A stretch of 64,000 nt of DNA from Eledone cirrhosa. Lineage: Eukaryota. Position 1 is the first letter of the stretch. Each line of letters opens with the position of its first letter. Below, piece after piece: positions 13,301 to 28,610 of the stretch. The notes under the pieces were generated by a model, which did not search any database, was not told the origin of the DNA, and was given only the letters and a program-made list of their open reading frames with translations. Where the stretch lies: the NCBI GenBank assembly GCA_964016885.1, contig OZ024744.1, forward strand, positions 21,638,001 through 21,702,000, written 5' to 3'. Position numbers and translations under genes: made by a program.

Positions 13301-16300
13301 GACAGCCTCAACAGCTCTGTCGTCTTTAGACAGTTAGAAGAGGTGACAGGAACAACAGCTATGACATCTTCAGACAGTTAGAAGAGGTGACAGGCACAAC
13401 AGCTATGACATCTTCAGACAGTTAGAAGAGGTGACAGTAACAACAGCTATGGCATCTTCAGACAGAAGAGGTGACAGCCACAACAGTTATGACATCTTCA
13501 GACAGATAGAAGAGGTGACAGGCACAACAGCTATGACATCTTTAGACAGTTAGAAGAGGTGACAGCCACAACAGCTATGACATATTCAGACAGTTAGAAG
13601 AGGTGATAGCAACAACAGCTATGGCATCTTCAGACAGAAGAGGTGACAGCCACAACAGTTATGACATCTTCAGACAGATAGAGGAGGTGACAGGCACAAC
13701 AGCTATGACATCTTTAGACAGTTAGAAGAGGTGACAGCCACAACAGCTATGACATATTCAGACAGTTAGAACAGGTGACAGGCACAACAGCTATGACATC
13801 TTTAGACAGTTAGAAGAAGTGACAGGAAGAACAAGTATGACATCTTCAGACAGTTAGAAGAGGTGACAGGCACAACAGCTATGACATCTTCAGACAGTTA
13901 GAAGAGGTGACAGGCACAACAGCTATGACATCTTCAGACAGTTAGAAGAGGTGACAGCAACAACAGCTATGACATCTTCAGACAGAAGAGGTGACAGCCA
14001 CAACAGCTATGACATCTTCAGACAGTTAGAAGAGGTGACAGCCTCAACAGCTATGTCGTCTTTAGACAGTTAGAAGAGGTGACAGGAACAACAGCTATGA
14101 CATCTTCAGACAGTTAGAAGAGGTGACAGGCACAACAGCTATGACATCTTCAGACAGTTAGAAGAGGTGACAGTAACAACAGCTATGGCATCTTCAGACA
14201 GAAGAGGTGACAGCCACAACAGTTATGACATCTTCAGACAGATAGAAGAGGTGACAGGCACAACAGCTATGACATCTTTAGACAGTTAGAAGAGGTGACA
14301 GCCACAACAGCTATGACATATTCAGACAGTTAGAAGAGGTGACAGGCACAACAGCTATGACATCTTCAGACAATTAGAAGAGGTGACAGCCACAACAGCT
14401 ATGACATCTTCAGACAGTTATAAGATGTCACAGCCACAACAGCTATGACATATTCAGAGAGTTAGAAGAGGTGACAGGCACAACAGCTATGACATCTTCA
14501 GACAGTTAGAAGAGGTGACAGCCACAACAGCTATGACATCTTTAGACAGTTAGAAGAGGTGACAGCAACAACAGCTATGACATCTTCAGACAGTTAGAAG
14601 AGGTGACAGGCACAACAGCTATGACATCTTTAGACAGTTAGAAGAGGTGACAGCCACAACTGCTATGACATCTTCAGACAGAAGAGGAGACAGCTACAAC
14701 AGCTATGACATCTTCAGACAGTTAGAAGAGGTGACAGGCACAACAGCTATGACATCTTTAGACAGTTAGAAGAGGTGACAGCCACAACAGCTATGACATA
14801 TTCAGACAGTTAGAAGAGGTGACAGGCACAACAGCTATGACATCTTCAGACAGTTAGAAGAGGTGACAGGCACAACAGCTATGACATCTTTAGACAGTTA
14901 GAAGAAGTGACAGGAACAACAGCTATGACATCTTCAGACAGTTAGAAGAGGTGGCAGCAACAAAAGCTATGACATCTTCAGACAGTTACAAGAGTTGACA
15001 GGCACAACAGCTATGACATCTACAGACAGAAGAGGTGACAACCACAACAGCTATGACATATTCAGACACTTAGAAGAGGTGACAGGCACAACAGCTATAA
15101 CATCTTTAGACAGATAGAAGAGGTGACAGCCACAACAGCTATGACATCTTCAGCCAGTTAGAAGAGGTGACAGCCACAAGAGCTATGACATATTTAGACA
15201 GTTAGAAGAGGTGACAGCCACAACAGCTATGACATCTTCAGACAGTTAGAAGAGGTGACAGCCACAACAGCTATGGCATCTTTAGACAGTGAGAAGAGGT
15301 GACAGGCACAACAGCTATGACATCTTCAGACAGTTAGAAGAGGTGACAGCCACAACAGCTATGACGTCTTTAGACAGTTAGAAGAGGAGACAGGCACAAC
15401 AGCTATGACATCTTCAGACAGTTAGAAGAGGTGACAGGCACAACAGCTATGACATCTTCAGACAGGTAGAAGAGGTGATAGCAACAACAGCTATGGCATC
15501 TTCAGACAGAAGAGGTGACAGCCACAACAGTTATGACATCTTCAGACAGATAGAAGAGGTGACAGGCACAACAGCTATGACATCTTTAGACAGTTAGAAG
15601 AGGTGACAGCCACAACAGCTATGACATATTCAGACAGTTAGAAGAGGTGACAGGCACAACAGCTATGACATCTTTAGACAGTTAGAAGAAGTGACAGGAA
15701 GAACAACTATGACATCTTCAGACAGTTAGAAGAGGTGACAGGCACAACAGCTATGACATCTTCAGACAGTTAGAAGAGGTGACAGGCACAACAGCTATGA
15801 CATCTTCAGACAGTTAGAAGAGGTGACAGCAACAACAGCTATGACATCTTCAGACAGAAGAGGTGACAGCCACAACAGCTATGACATCTTCAGACAGTTA
15901 GAAGAGGTGACAGCCTCAACAGCTATGTCGTCTTTAGACAGTTAGAAGAGGTGACAGGAACAACAGCTATGACATCTTCAGACAGTTAGAAGAGGTGACA
16001 GGCACAACAGCTATGACATCTTCAGACAGTTAGAAGAGGTGACAGTAACAACAGCTATGGCATCTTCAGACAGAAGAGGTGACAGCCACAACAGTTATGA
16101 CATCTTCAGACAGATAGAAGAGGTGACAGGCACAACAGCTATGACATCTTTAGACAGTTAGAAGAGGTGACAGCCACAACAGCTATGACATATTCAGACA
16201 GTTAGAAGAGGTGACAGGCACAACAGCTATGACATCTTCAGACAATTAGAAGAGGTGACAGCCACAACAGCTATGACATCTTCAGACAGTTATAAGATGT
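7300..16300 (+). repeat. Sub-block of domain A with private variants and few 40-mers
   Basis: AGGAGACA, GTGATAGC, GGAAGAACAACT, TAAGATGTCA, CAATTAG and ATGTCGTC recur here, while CATACGCA is absent. The TTCAGCC marker lies at 7401, 9273, 12541 and 15149 (spacings 1872, 3268, 2608). No 84-bp-alternation ORFs occur between 5685 and 16903. Confidence 0.8.
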
Positions 16301-19300
16301 GACAGCCACAACAGCTATGACATATTCAGACAGTTAGAAGAGGTGACAGGCACAACAGCTATGACATCTTTAGACAGTTAGAAGAGGTGACAGCCACAAC
16401 AGCTATGACATCTTCAGACAGAAGAGGTGACAGCTACAACAGCTATGACATCTTCAGAGAGAAGAGGTGACAGGCACAACAGCTATGACATCTTCAGACA
16501 GAAGAGGTGACATACGCAACAGCTATAACATCTTCAGACAGTTAGAAGAGGTGACAGGCACAACAGCTATGACATCTTTAGACAGTTAGAAGAGGTGACA
16601 ACCACAACAGCTATGACATCTTTAGACAGTTAGAAGAGGTGACAGCCAGAACAGCTATGACATCTTCAGACAGTTAGAAGAGGTGACCGCCACAACATCT
16701 ATGACATCTTCATACAGTTAGAAGAGGTGACAGCAACAACAGCTATGACATCTTTAGACAGTTAGAAGAGGTGACAACGACAACAGCTATGACATCTTCA
16801 GACAGTTAGAAGACGTGACAAGCACAACAGCTATGACATCTTCAGACAGTTAGAAGAAGTGACAAGCACAACAGCTATGACATCTTCAGACAGTTAGAAG
16901 AGGTGACAGCAACAACAGCTATGACATCTTCAGACAGAAGAGGTGACAGCCACAACAGCTATGACATCTCCAGACAGTTAGAAGAGGTGACAGCAACAAC
17001 AGCTATGACATCTTCAGACAGAAGAGGTGACAGCCACAACACCTATGACATCTTCAGACAGTTAGAAGAGGTGACAGCCACAACAGCTATGACGTCTTTA
17101 GACAGTTAGAAGAGGTGACAGGAACAACAGCTATGACATCTTCAGACAGTTAGAAGAGGTGACAGGCACAACAGCTATGACATCTTCAGACAGTTAGAAG
17201 AGGTGACAGCAACAACAGCTATGGCATCTTCAGACAGAAGAGGTGACAGCTACAACAGCTATGACATCTTCAGACAGTTAGAAGAGGTGACAGGCACAAC
17301 AGCTATGACATCTTTAGACAGTTAGAAGAGGTGACAGCCACAACAGCTACGACATCTTCAGACAGTTAGAAGAGGTGACAGGCACAACAGCTATGACATC
17401 TTTAGACAGTTAGAAGAGGTGACAGCCACAACAGCTATGACATCTTCAGACAGTTAGAAGAGGTGACAGCAACAAAAGCTATGACATCTTCAGACAGTTA
17501 CAAGAGTTGACAGGCACAACAGCTATGACATCTACAGACAGAAGAGGTGACAACCACAACAGCTATGACATATTCAGACAGTTAGAAGGTGACAGCAACA
17601 ACAGGTATGACATCTTCAGACAGTTATAAGATGTGACAACCACAACAGCTATGACATATTCAGACAGAAGAGGTGACAGGCACAACAGCTATGACGTCTT
17701 CAGAGAGTTAGAAGAGGTGACAGCAACAACAGCTAGGACATCTTCAGACAGTCAGAAGAGGAGACAGGCACAACAGCTATGATATCTTTAGACAGTTAGA
17801 AGAGGTGACAGCCACAACAGCTATGACATCTTCAGACAGAAGAGGTGACAGCTACAACAGCTATGACATCTTCAGAGAGAAGAGGTGACATACGCAACAG
17901 CTATAACATCTTCAGGCAGTTAGAAGAGGTGACAGGCACAACAGCTATGACATCTTTAGACAGTTAGAAGAGGTGACAACTACAACAGCTATGACATCTG
18001 TAGACAGTTAGAAGAGGTGACAGCCACAACAGCTATGACATCTTCAGACAGTTAGAAGAGGTGACAGGCACAACAGCTATGGAATCTTTAGACAGTTAGA
18101 AGAGGTGACAGGAACAACAGCTATGACATCTTCAGACAGTTAGAAGAGGTGACAGGCACAACAGCTATGACATCTTCAGACAGTTAGAAGAGGTGACAGT
18201 AACAACAGCTATGGCATCTTCAGACAGAAGAGGTGACAGCCACAACAGTTATGACATCTTCAGACAGATAGAAGAGGTGACAGGCACAACAGCTATGACA
18301 TCTTTAGACAGTTAGAAGAGGTGACAGCCACAACAGCTATGACATATTCAGACAGTTAGAAGAGGTGACAGGCACAACAGCTATGACATCTTCAGACAGT
18401 TAGAAGAGGTGACAGCCACAACAGCTATGACATCTTCAGACAGTTATAAGATGTGACAGCCACAACAGCTATGACATATTCAGACAGTTAGAAGAGGTGA
18501 CAGGCACAACAACTATGGCATCTTCAGACAGTTAGAAGAGGTGACAGCCACAACAGCTATGACATCTTTAGACAGTTAGAAGAGGTGACAGCAACAACAG
18601 CTATGACATATTCAGACAGTTAGAAGAGGTGACAGGCACAACAGCTATGACATCTTTAGACAGTTAGAAGAGGTGACAGCCACAACAGCTATGACATCTT
18701 CAGACAGAAGAGGTGACAGCTACAACAGCTATGACATCTTCAGAGAGAAGAGGTGACAGGCACAACAGCTATGACATCTTCAGACAGAAGAGGTGACATA
18801 CGCAACAGCTATAACATCTTCAGACAGTTAGAAGAGGTGACACGCACAACAGCTATGACATCTTTAGACAGTTAGAAGAGGTGACAACCACAACAGCTAT
18901 GACATCTTTAGACAGTTAGAAGAGGTGACAGCCAGAACAGCTATGACATCTTCAGACAGTTAGAAGAGGTGACCGCCACAACATCTATGACATCTTCATA
19001 CAGTTAGAAGAGGTGACAGCAACAACAGCTATGACATCTTTAGACAGTTAGAAGAGGTGACAGCCACAACAGCTATGACATCTTCAGACAGTTAGAAGAC
19101 GTGACAAGCACAACAGCTATGACATCTTCAGACAGTTAGAAGAGGTGACAAGCACAACATCTATGACATCTTCAGACAGTTAGAAGAGGTGACAGCAACA
19201 ACAGCTATGACATCTTCAGACAGAAGAGGTGACAGCCACAACAGCTATGACATCTTCAGACAGTTAGAAGAGGTGACAGCAACAACAGCTATGACATCTT

Positions 19301-19399
19301 CATACAGAAGAGGTGACAGCCACAACAGTTATGACATCTTCAGACAGATAGAAGAGGTGACAGGCACAACAGCTATGACATATTCAGACAGTTAGAAGA

Positions 19400-20920
19400 G
19401 GTGACAGGCACAACAGCTATGACATCTCCAGACAGTGAGAAGAGGTGACAGCCACAACAGCTATCACATGTTCAGACAGAAGAGGTGACAGCCACAACAG
19501 CTATCACATCTTCAAAGAGAAGAGGTGAGAGGCACAACAGCTATGACATCTTCAGACAGAAGAGGTGACAGACACAACGGCTATAACATCTTCAGACAGT
19601 TAGAAGAGGTGACAGCAACAACAGCTATGACATCTTTAGACAGTTAGAAGAGGTGACAGCCACAACAGCTATTACATCTTCAGACAGTTAGAAGAGGTGA
19701 CAGCCACAACACCTATGACATCTTCAGACAGTTAGAAGAGGTGACAGCCACAACAGCTATGACGTCTTTAGACAGTTAGAAGAGGTGACAGGAACAACAG
19801 CTATGACATCTTCAGACAGTTAGAAGAGGTGACAGGCACAACAGCTATGACATCTTCAGACAGTTAGAAGAGGTGACAGCAACAACAGCTATGGCATCTT
19901 CAGACAGAAGAGGTGACAGCCACAACAGTTATGACATCTTCAGACAGATAGAAGAGGTGACAGGCACAACAGCTATGACATCTCCAGACAGTGAGAAGAG
20001 GTGACAGCCACAACAGCTATCACATGTTCAGACAGAAGAGGTGACAGCAACAACAGCTATCACATCTTCAAAGAGAAGAGGTGACAGGCACAACAGCTAT
20101 GACATCTTCAGACAGAAGAGGTGACAGACACAACGGCTATAACATCTTCAGACAGTTAGAAGAGGTGACAGGCACAACAGCTATGACATCTCCAGACAGT
20201 TAGAAGAGGTGACAGCCACAACAGCTATGACTTTTTCAGACAGTTAGAAGAGGTGACAGCCACAACAGCTATGACATATTCAGATAGAAGAGGTGACAGT
20301 CACAACAGCGATGCCATCTTCAGAGAGTTAGAAGAGGTGACAGGCACAACAGCTATGACATCTTTAGACAGTTAGAAGAGGTGACAGCCACAACAGCTAT
20401 GACATCTTCAGACAGTTAGAAGGGTGACAGCCACAACAGCTATGACATCTTCAGACATTTAGAAGAGGTGACAGGAACAACAACTATGACATCTTCAAAC
20501 AGAAGAGGTGACAGCCACAACAGCTATGACATCTTCAGACAGTTAGAAAAGGTGACAGCAACAACAGCTATGACATCTTCAGACAGAAGAGGTGACAGCC
20601 ACAACAGCTATTACATCTTCAGACAGTTAGAAGAGGTGACAGCCACAACAGCTATGACTTCTTCAGACAGTTAGAAGAGGTGACAGCCACAACAGCTATG
20701 ACATATTCAGACAAAAGATTTGACAGGCACAACAGCTATGCCATCTTCAGAGAATTAGAAGAGGTGACAGGCACAACAGCTATGACATCTTCAGACAGAA
20801 GAGGTGACAGCCACAACAGCTATCACATCTTCAGACTATTAGAAGAGGTGAAAGCCACAACAGCTATGACATCTTCAGACAGAAGAGGTGACAGGCACAA
20901 CAGCTATGACATCTTCAGAC
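19400..20920 (+). repeat. Divergent transitional monomer cassette, copy 1 (5' part internally duplicated)
   Basis: Markers CTCCAGACAGTGAG, ATCACATGTT, ATCACATCTTCAAAGA, ACAACGGCTATAA, AGCGATGCC, AGAAAAGG and ACAAAAGATTTGAC. The first four occur at both ~19.4-19.6 kb and ~19.97-20.15 kb. Confidence 0.85.
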
Positions 20921-23689
20921 AGAAGAGGTGACATACGCAACAGCTATAACATCTTCAGACAGTTAGAAGAGGTGACAGGCACAACAGCTATGACATCTTT
21001 AGACAGTTAGAAGAGGTGACAACCACAACAGCTATGACATCTTTAGACAGTTAGAAGAGGTGACAGCCAGAACAGCTATGACATCTTCAGACAGTTAGAA
21101 GAGGTGACCGCCACAACATCTATGACATCTTCATACAGTTAGAAGAGGTGACAGCAACAACAGCTATGACATCTTTAGACAGTTAGAAGAGGTGACAGCC
21201 ACAACAGCTATGACATCTTCAGACAGTTAGAAGACGTGACAAGCACAACAGCTATGACATCTTCAGACAGTTAGAAGAGGTGACAAGCACAACAGCTATG
21301 ACATCTTCAGACAGTTAGAAGAGGTGACAGCAACAACAGCTATGACATCTTCAGACAGAAGAGGTGACAGCCACAACACCTATGACATCTTCAGACAGTT
21401 AGAAGAGGTGACAGCCACAACAGCTATGACGTCTTTAGACAGTTAGAAGAGGTGACAGGAACAACAGCTATGACATCTTCAGACAGTTAGAAGAGGTGAC
21501 AGGCACAACAGCTATGACATCTTCCGACAGTTAGAAGAGGTGACAGCAACAACAACTATGGCATCTTCAGACAGAAGAGGTGACAGCTACAACAGCTATG
21601 ACATCTTCAGACAGTTAGAAGAGGTGACAGGCACAACAGCTATGACATCTTTAGACAGTTAGAAGAGGTGACAGCCACAACAGCTACGACATCTTCAGAC
21701 AGTTAGAAGAGGTGACAGGCACAACAGCTATGACATCTTTAGACAGTTAGAAGAGGTGACAGCCACAACAGCTATGACATCTTCAGACAGTTAGAAGAGG
21801 TGACAGCAACAAAAGCTATGACATCTTCAGACAGTTACAAGAGTTGACAGGCACAACAGCTATGACATCTACAGACAGAAGAGGTGACAACCACAACAGC
21901 TATGACATATTCAGACAGTTAGAAGAGGTGACAGCAACAACAGCTATGACATCTTCAGACAGTTATAAGATGTGACAGCCACAACAGCTATGACATATTC
22001 AGACAGAAGAGGTGACAGGCACAACAGCTATGACGTCTTCAGAGAGTTAGAAGAGGTGACAGCAACAACAGCTATGACATCTTCAGACAGTCAGAAGAGG
22101 TGACAGGCACAACAGCTATGATATCTTTAGACAGTTAGAAGAGGTGACAGCCACAACAGCTATGACATCTTCAGACAGAAGAGGTGACAGCTACAACAGC
22201 TATGACATCTTCAGAGAGAAGAGGTGACATACGCAACAGCTATAACATCTTCAGGCAGTTAGAAGAGGTGACAGGCACAACAGCTATGACATCTTTAGAC
22301 AGTTAGAAGAGGTGACAACTACAACAGCTATGACATCTGTAGACAGTTAGAAGAGGTGACAGCCACAACAGCTATGACATCTTCAGACAGTTAGAAGAGG
22401 TGACAGGCACAACAGCTATGGAATCTTTAGACAGTTAGAAGAGGTGACAGGAACAACAGCTATGACATCTTCAGACAGTTAGAAGAGGTGACAGGCACAA
22501 CAGCTATGACATCTTCAGACAGTTAGAAGAGGTGACAGTAACAACAACTATGGCATCTTCAGACAGAAGAGGTGACAGCCACAACAGTTATGACATCTTC
22601 AGACAGATAGAAGAGGTGACAGGCACAACAGCTATGACATCTTTAGACAGTTAGAAGAGGTGACAGCCACAACAGCTATGACATATTCAGACAGTTAGAA
22701 GAGGTGACAGGCACAACAGCTATGACATCTTCAGACAGTTAGAAGAGGTGACAGCCACAACAGCTATGACATCTTCAGACAGTTATAAGATGTGACAGCC
22801 ACAACAGCTATGACATATTCAGACAGTTAGAAGAGGTGACAGGCACAACAACTATGGCATCTTCAGACAGTAAGAAGAGGTGACAGCCACAACAGCTATG
22901 ACATCTTTAGACAGTTAGAAGAGGTGACAGCAACAACAGCTATGACATATTCAGACAGAAGAGGTGACAGCTACAACAGCTATGACATCTTCAGAGAGAA
23001 GAGGTGACATACGCAACAGCTATAACATCTTCAGACAGTTAGAAGAGGTGACACGCACAACAGCTATGACATCTTTAGACAGTTAGAAGAGGTGACAACC
23101 ACAACAGCTATGACATCTTTAGACAGTTAGAAGAGGTGACAGCCAGAACAGCTATGACATCTTCAGACAGTTAGAAGAGGTGACCGCCACAACATCTATG
23201 ACATCTTCATACAGTTAGAAGAGGTGACAGCAACAACAGCTATGACATCTTTAGACAGTTAGAAGAGGTGACAGCCACAACAGCTATGACATCTTCAGAC
23301 AGTTAGAAGACGTGACAAGCACAACAGCTATGACATCTTCAGACAGTTAGAAGAGGTGACAAGCACAACAGCTATGACATCTTCAGACAGAAGAGGTGAC
23401 AGCCACAACACCTATGACATCTTCAGACAGTTAGAAGAGGTGACAGCCACAACAGCTATGACGTCTTTAGACAGTTAGAAGAGGTGACAGGAACAACAGC
23501 TATGGCATCTGCAGACAGTTAGAAGAGGTGACAGGCACAACAGCTATGACATCTTCAGACAGTTAGAAGAGGTGACAGCAACAACAGCTATGGCATCTTC
23601 AGACAGAAGAGGTGACAGCCACAACAGTTATGACATCTTCAGACAGATAGAAGAGGTGACAGGCACAACAGCTATGACATATTCAGACA

Positions 23690-24660
23690 GTTAGAAGAGG
23701 TGACAGGCACAACAGCTATGACATCTCCAGACAGTGAGAAGAGGTGACAGCCACAACAGCTATCACATGTTCAGACAGAAGAGGTGACAGCCACAACAGC
23801 TATCACATCTTCAAAGAGAAGAGGTTACAGGCACAACAGCTATGACATCTTCAGACAGAAGAGGTGACAGACACAACGGCTATAACATCTTCAGACAGTT
23901 AGAAGAGGTGACAGCACAACAGCTATGACATCTCCAGACAGTTAGAAGAGGTGACAGACACAACAGCTATGACTTCTTCAGACAGTTAGAAGAGGTGACA
24001 GCCACAACAGCTATGACATATTCAGATAGAAGAGGTGACAGGCACAACAGCGATGCCATCTTCAGAGAGTTAGAAGAGGTGGCAGGCACAACAGCTATGA
24101 CATCTTTAGACAGTTAGAAGAGGTGACAGCCACAACAGCTATGACATCTTCAGACAGTTAGAAGAGGTGACAGCCACAACAGCTATGACATCTTCAGACA
24201 TTTAGAAGAGGTGACAGGAACAACAACTATGACATCTTCAGACAGAAGAGGTGACAGCCACAACAGCTATGACATCTTCAGACAGTTAGAAAAGGTGACA
24301 GAAACAACAGCTATGACATCTTCAGACAGAAGAGGTGACAGCCACAACAGCTATTACATCTTCAGACAGTTAGAAGAGGTGACAGCCACAACAGCTATGA
24401 CTTCTTCAGACAGTTAGAAGAGGTGACAGCCACAACAGCTATGACATATTCAGACAAAAGATTTGACAGGCACAACAGCTATGCCATCTTCAGAGAGTTA
24501 GAAGAGGTGACAGGCACAACAGCTATGACATCTTCAGACAGAAGAGGTGACAGCCACAACAGCTATGACATCTTCAGACTATTAGAAGAGGTGAAAGCCA
24601 CAACAGCTATGACATCTTCAGACAGAAGAGGTGACAGGCACAACAGCTATGACATCTTCA
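23690..24660 (+). repeat. Transitional cassette, copy 2
   Basis: Same marker order as copy 1, at offset 3743 (pseudo-ORF starts 20468/24211 and 20680/24423). Confidence 0.85.
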
Positions 24661-27649
24661 GACAGAAGAGGTGACATACGCAACAGCTATAACATCTTCA
24701 GACAGTTAGAAGAGGTGACAGGCACAACAGCTATGACATCTTTAGACAGTTAGAAGAGGTGACAACCACAACAGCTATGACATCTTTAGACAGTTAGAAG
24801 AGGTGACAGCCAGAACAGCTATGACATCTTCAGACAGTTAGAAGAGGTGACCGCCACAACATCTATGACATCTTCATACAGTTAGAAGAGGTGACAGCAA
24901 CAACAGCTATGACATCTTTAGACAGTTAGAAGAGGTGACAGCCACAACAGCTATGACATCTTCAGACAGTTACAAGACGTGACAAGCACAACAGCTATGA
25001 CATCTTCAGACAGTTAGAAGAGGTGACAAGCACAACAGCTATGACATCTTCAGACAGTTAGAAGAGGTGACAGCAACAACAGCTATGACATCTTCAGACA
25101 GAAGAGGTGACAGCCACAACAGCTATGACATCTTCAGACAGTTAGAAGAGGTGACAGCAACAACAGCTATGACATCTTCAGACAGAAGAGGTGACAGCCA
25201 CAACACCTATGACATCTTCAGACAGTTAGAAGAGGTGACAGCCACAACAGCTATGACGTCTTTAGACAGTTAGAAGAGGTGACAGGAACAACAGCTATGA
25301 CATCTTCAGACAGTTAGAAGAGGTGACAGGCACAACAGCTATGACATCTTCCGACAGTTAGAAGAGGTGACAGCAACAACAACTATGGCATCTTCAGACA
25401 GAAGAGGTGACAGCTACAACAGCTATGACATCTTCAGACAGTTAGAAGAGGTGACAGGCACAACAGCTATGACATCTTTAGACAGTTAGAAGAGGTGACA
25501 GCCACAACAGCTACGACATCTTCAGACAGTTAGAAGAGGTGACAGGCACAACAGCTATGACATCTTTAGACAGTTAGAAGAGGTGACAGCCACAACAGCT
25601 ATGACATCTTCAGACAGTTAGAAGAGGTGACAGCAACAAAAGCTATGACATCTTCAGACAGTTACAAGAGTTGACAGGCACAACAGCTATGACATCTACA
25701 GACAGAAGAGGTGACAACCACAACAGCTATGACATATTCAGACAGTTAGAAGAGGTGACAGCAACAACAGCTATGACATCTTCAGACAGTTATAAGATGT
25801 GACAGCCACAACAGCTATGACATATTCAGACAGAAGAGGTGACAGGCACAACAGCTATGACGTCTTCAGAGATTTAGAAGAGGTGACAGCAACAACAGCT
25901 ATGACATCTTCAGACAGTCAGAAGAGGTGACAGGCACAACAGCTATGATATCTTTAGACAGTTAGAAGAGGTGACAGCCACAACAGCTATGACATCTTCA
26001 GACAGAAGAGGTGACAGCTACAACAGCTATGACATCTTCAGGGAGAAGAGGTGACATACGCAACAGCTATAACATCTTCAGGCAGTTAGAAGAGGTGACA
26101 GGCACAACAGCTATGACATCTTTAGACAGTTAGAAGAGGTAACAACTACAACAGCTATGACATCTGTAGACAGTTAGAAGAGGTGACAGCCACAACAGCT
26201 ATGACATCTTCAGACAGTTAGAAGAGGTGACAGGCACAACAGCTATGGAATCTTTAGACAGTTAGAAGAGGTGACAGGAACAACAGCTATGACATCTTCA
26301 GACAGTTAGAAGAGGTGACAGGCACAACAGCTATGACATCTTCAGACAGTTAGAAGAGGTGACAGTAACAACAGCTATGGCATCTTCAGACAGAAGAGGT
26401 GACAGCCACAACAGTTATGACATCTTCAGACAGATAGAAGAGGTGACAGGCACAACAGCTATGACATCTTTAGACAGTTAGAAGAGGTGACAGCCACAAC
26501 AGCTATGACATATTCAGACAGTTAGAAGAGGTGACAGGCACAACAGCTATGACATCTTCAGACAGTTAGAAGAGATGACAGCCACAACAGCTATGACATC
26601 TTCAGACAGTTATAAGATGTGACAGCCACAACAGCTATGACATATTCAGACAGTTAGAAGAGGTGACAGGCACAACAACTATGGCATCTTCAGACAGTAA
26701 GAAGAGGTGACAGCCACAACAGCTATGACATCTTTAGACAGTTAGAAGAGGTGACAGCTACAACAGCTATGACATCTTCAGAGAGAAGAGGTGACAGGCA
26801 CAACAGCTATGACATCTTCAGACAGAAGAGGTGACATACGCAACAGCTATAACATCTTTAGACAGTTAGAAGAGGTGACACGCACAACAGCTATGACATC
26901 TTTAGACAGTTAGAAGAGGTGACAACCACAACAGCTATGACATCTTTAGACAGTTAGAAGAGGTGACAGCCAGAACAGCTATGACATCTTCAGACAGTTA
27001 GAAGAGGTGACCGCCACAACATCTATGACATCTTCATACAGTTAGAAGAGGTGACAGCAACAACAGCTATGACATCTTTAGACAGTTAGAAGAGGTGACA
27101 GCCACAACAGCTATGACATCTTCAGACAGTTAGAAGACGTGACAAGCACAACAGCTATGACATCTTCAGACAGTTAGAAGAGGTGACAAGCACAACAGCT
27201 ATGACATCTTCAGACAGTTAGAAGAGGTGACAGCAACAACAGCTATGACATCTTCAGACAGAAGAGGTGACAGCCACAACAGCTATGACATCTTCAGACA
27301 GTTAGAAGAGGTGACAGCAACAACAGCTATGACATCTTCAGACAGAAGAGGTGACAGCCACAACACCTATGACATCTTCAGACAGTTAGAAGAGGTGACA
27401 GCCACAACAGCTATGACGTCTTTAGACAGTTAGAAGAGGTGACAGGAACAACAGCTATGACATCTTCAGACAGTTAGAAGAGGTGACAGGCACAACAGCT
27501 ATGACATCTTCAGACAGTTAGAAGAGGTGACAGCAACAACAGCTATGGCATCTTCAGACAGAAGAGGTGACAGCCACAATAGTTATGACATCTTCAGACA
27601 GATAGAAGAGGTGACAGGCACAACAGCTATGACATATTCAGACAGTTAG

Positions 27650-28610
27650 AAGAGGTGACAGGCACAACAGCTATGACATCTCCAGACAGTGAGAAGAGGT
27701 GACAGCCACAACAGCTATCACATGTTCAGACAGAAGAGGTGACAGCCACAACAGCTATCACATCTTCAAAGAGAAGAGGTGACAGGCACAACAGCTATGA
27801 CATCTTCAGACAGAAGAGGTGACAGACACAACGGCTATAACATCTTCAGACAGTTAGAAGAGGTGACAGGCACAACAGCTATGACATCTCCAGACAGTTA
27901 GAAGAGGTGACAGCCACAACAGCTATGACTTCTTCAGACAGTTAGAAGAGGTGACAGCCACAACAGCTATGACATATTCAGATAGAAGAGGTGACAGGCA
28001 CAACAGCGATGCCATCTTCAGAGAGTTAGAAGAGGTGACAGGCACAACAGCTATGACATCTTTAGACAGTTAGAAGAGGTGACAGCCACAACAGCTATGA
28101 CATCTTCAGACAGTTAGAAGAGGTGACAGGCACAACAGCTATGACATCTTCAGACATTTAGAAGAGGTGACAGGAACAACAACTATGACATCTTCAGACA
28201 GAAGAGGTGACAGCCACAACAGCTATGACATCTTCAGACAGTTAGAAAAGGTGACAGCAACAACAGCTATGACATCTTCAGACAGAAGAGGTGACAGCCA
28301 CAACAGCTATTACATCTTCAGACAGTTAGAAGAGGTGACAGCCACAACAGCTATGACTTCTTCAGACAGTTAGAAGAGGTGACAGCCACAACAGCTATGA
28401 CATATTCAGACAAAAGAGTTGACAGGCACAACAGCTATGCCATCTTCAGAGAGTTAGAAGAGGTGACAGGCACAACAGCTATGACATCTTCAGACAGAAG
28501 AGGTGACAGCCACAACAGCTATGACATCTTCAGACTATTAGAAGAGGTGAAAGCCACAACAGCTATGACATCTTCAGACAGAAGAGGTGACAGCCACAAC
28601 AGCTATGACA
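27650..28610 (+). repeat. Transitional cassette, copy 3, running into domain B
   Basis: Same marker order, at offset 3956 from copy 2 (24211/28167 and 24423/28379). It is followed by B-type monomers, with the first TTCTGTCA at ~28701. Confidence 0.85.

Larger units (their letters stand above)
1..28380 (+). repeat. Satellite subfamily domain A
   Basis: Diagnostic variants: frequent TCTTTAGAC, CATACGCA (e.g. ~1295, 2160, 16511, 24675), TTACAAGAGTTGAC followed by TCTACAG, GACGTCTTTA, the ATGGCA/AGTTATG/GATAGAAG block, and TTATAAGATG. These are essentially absent from 28.7-56.9 kb. Confidence 0.9.
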
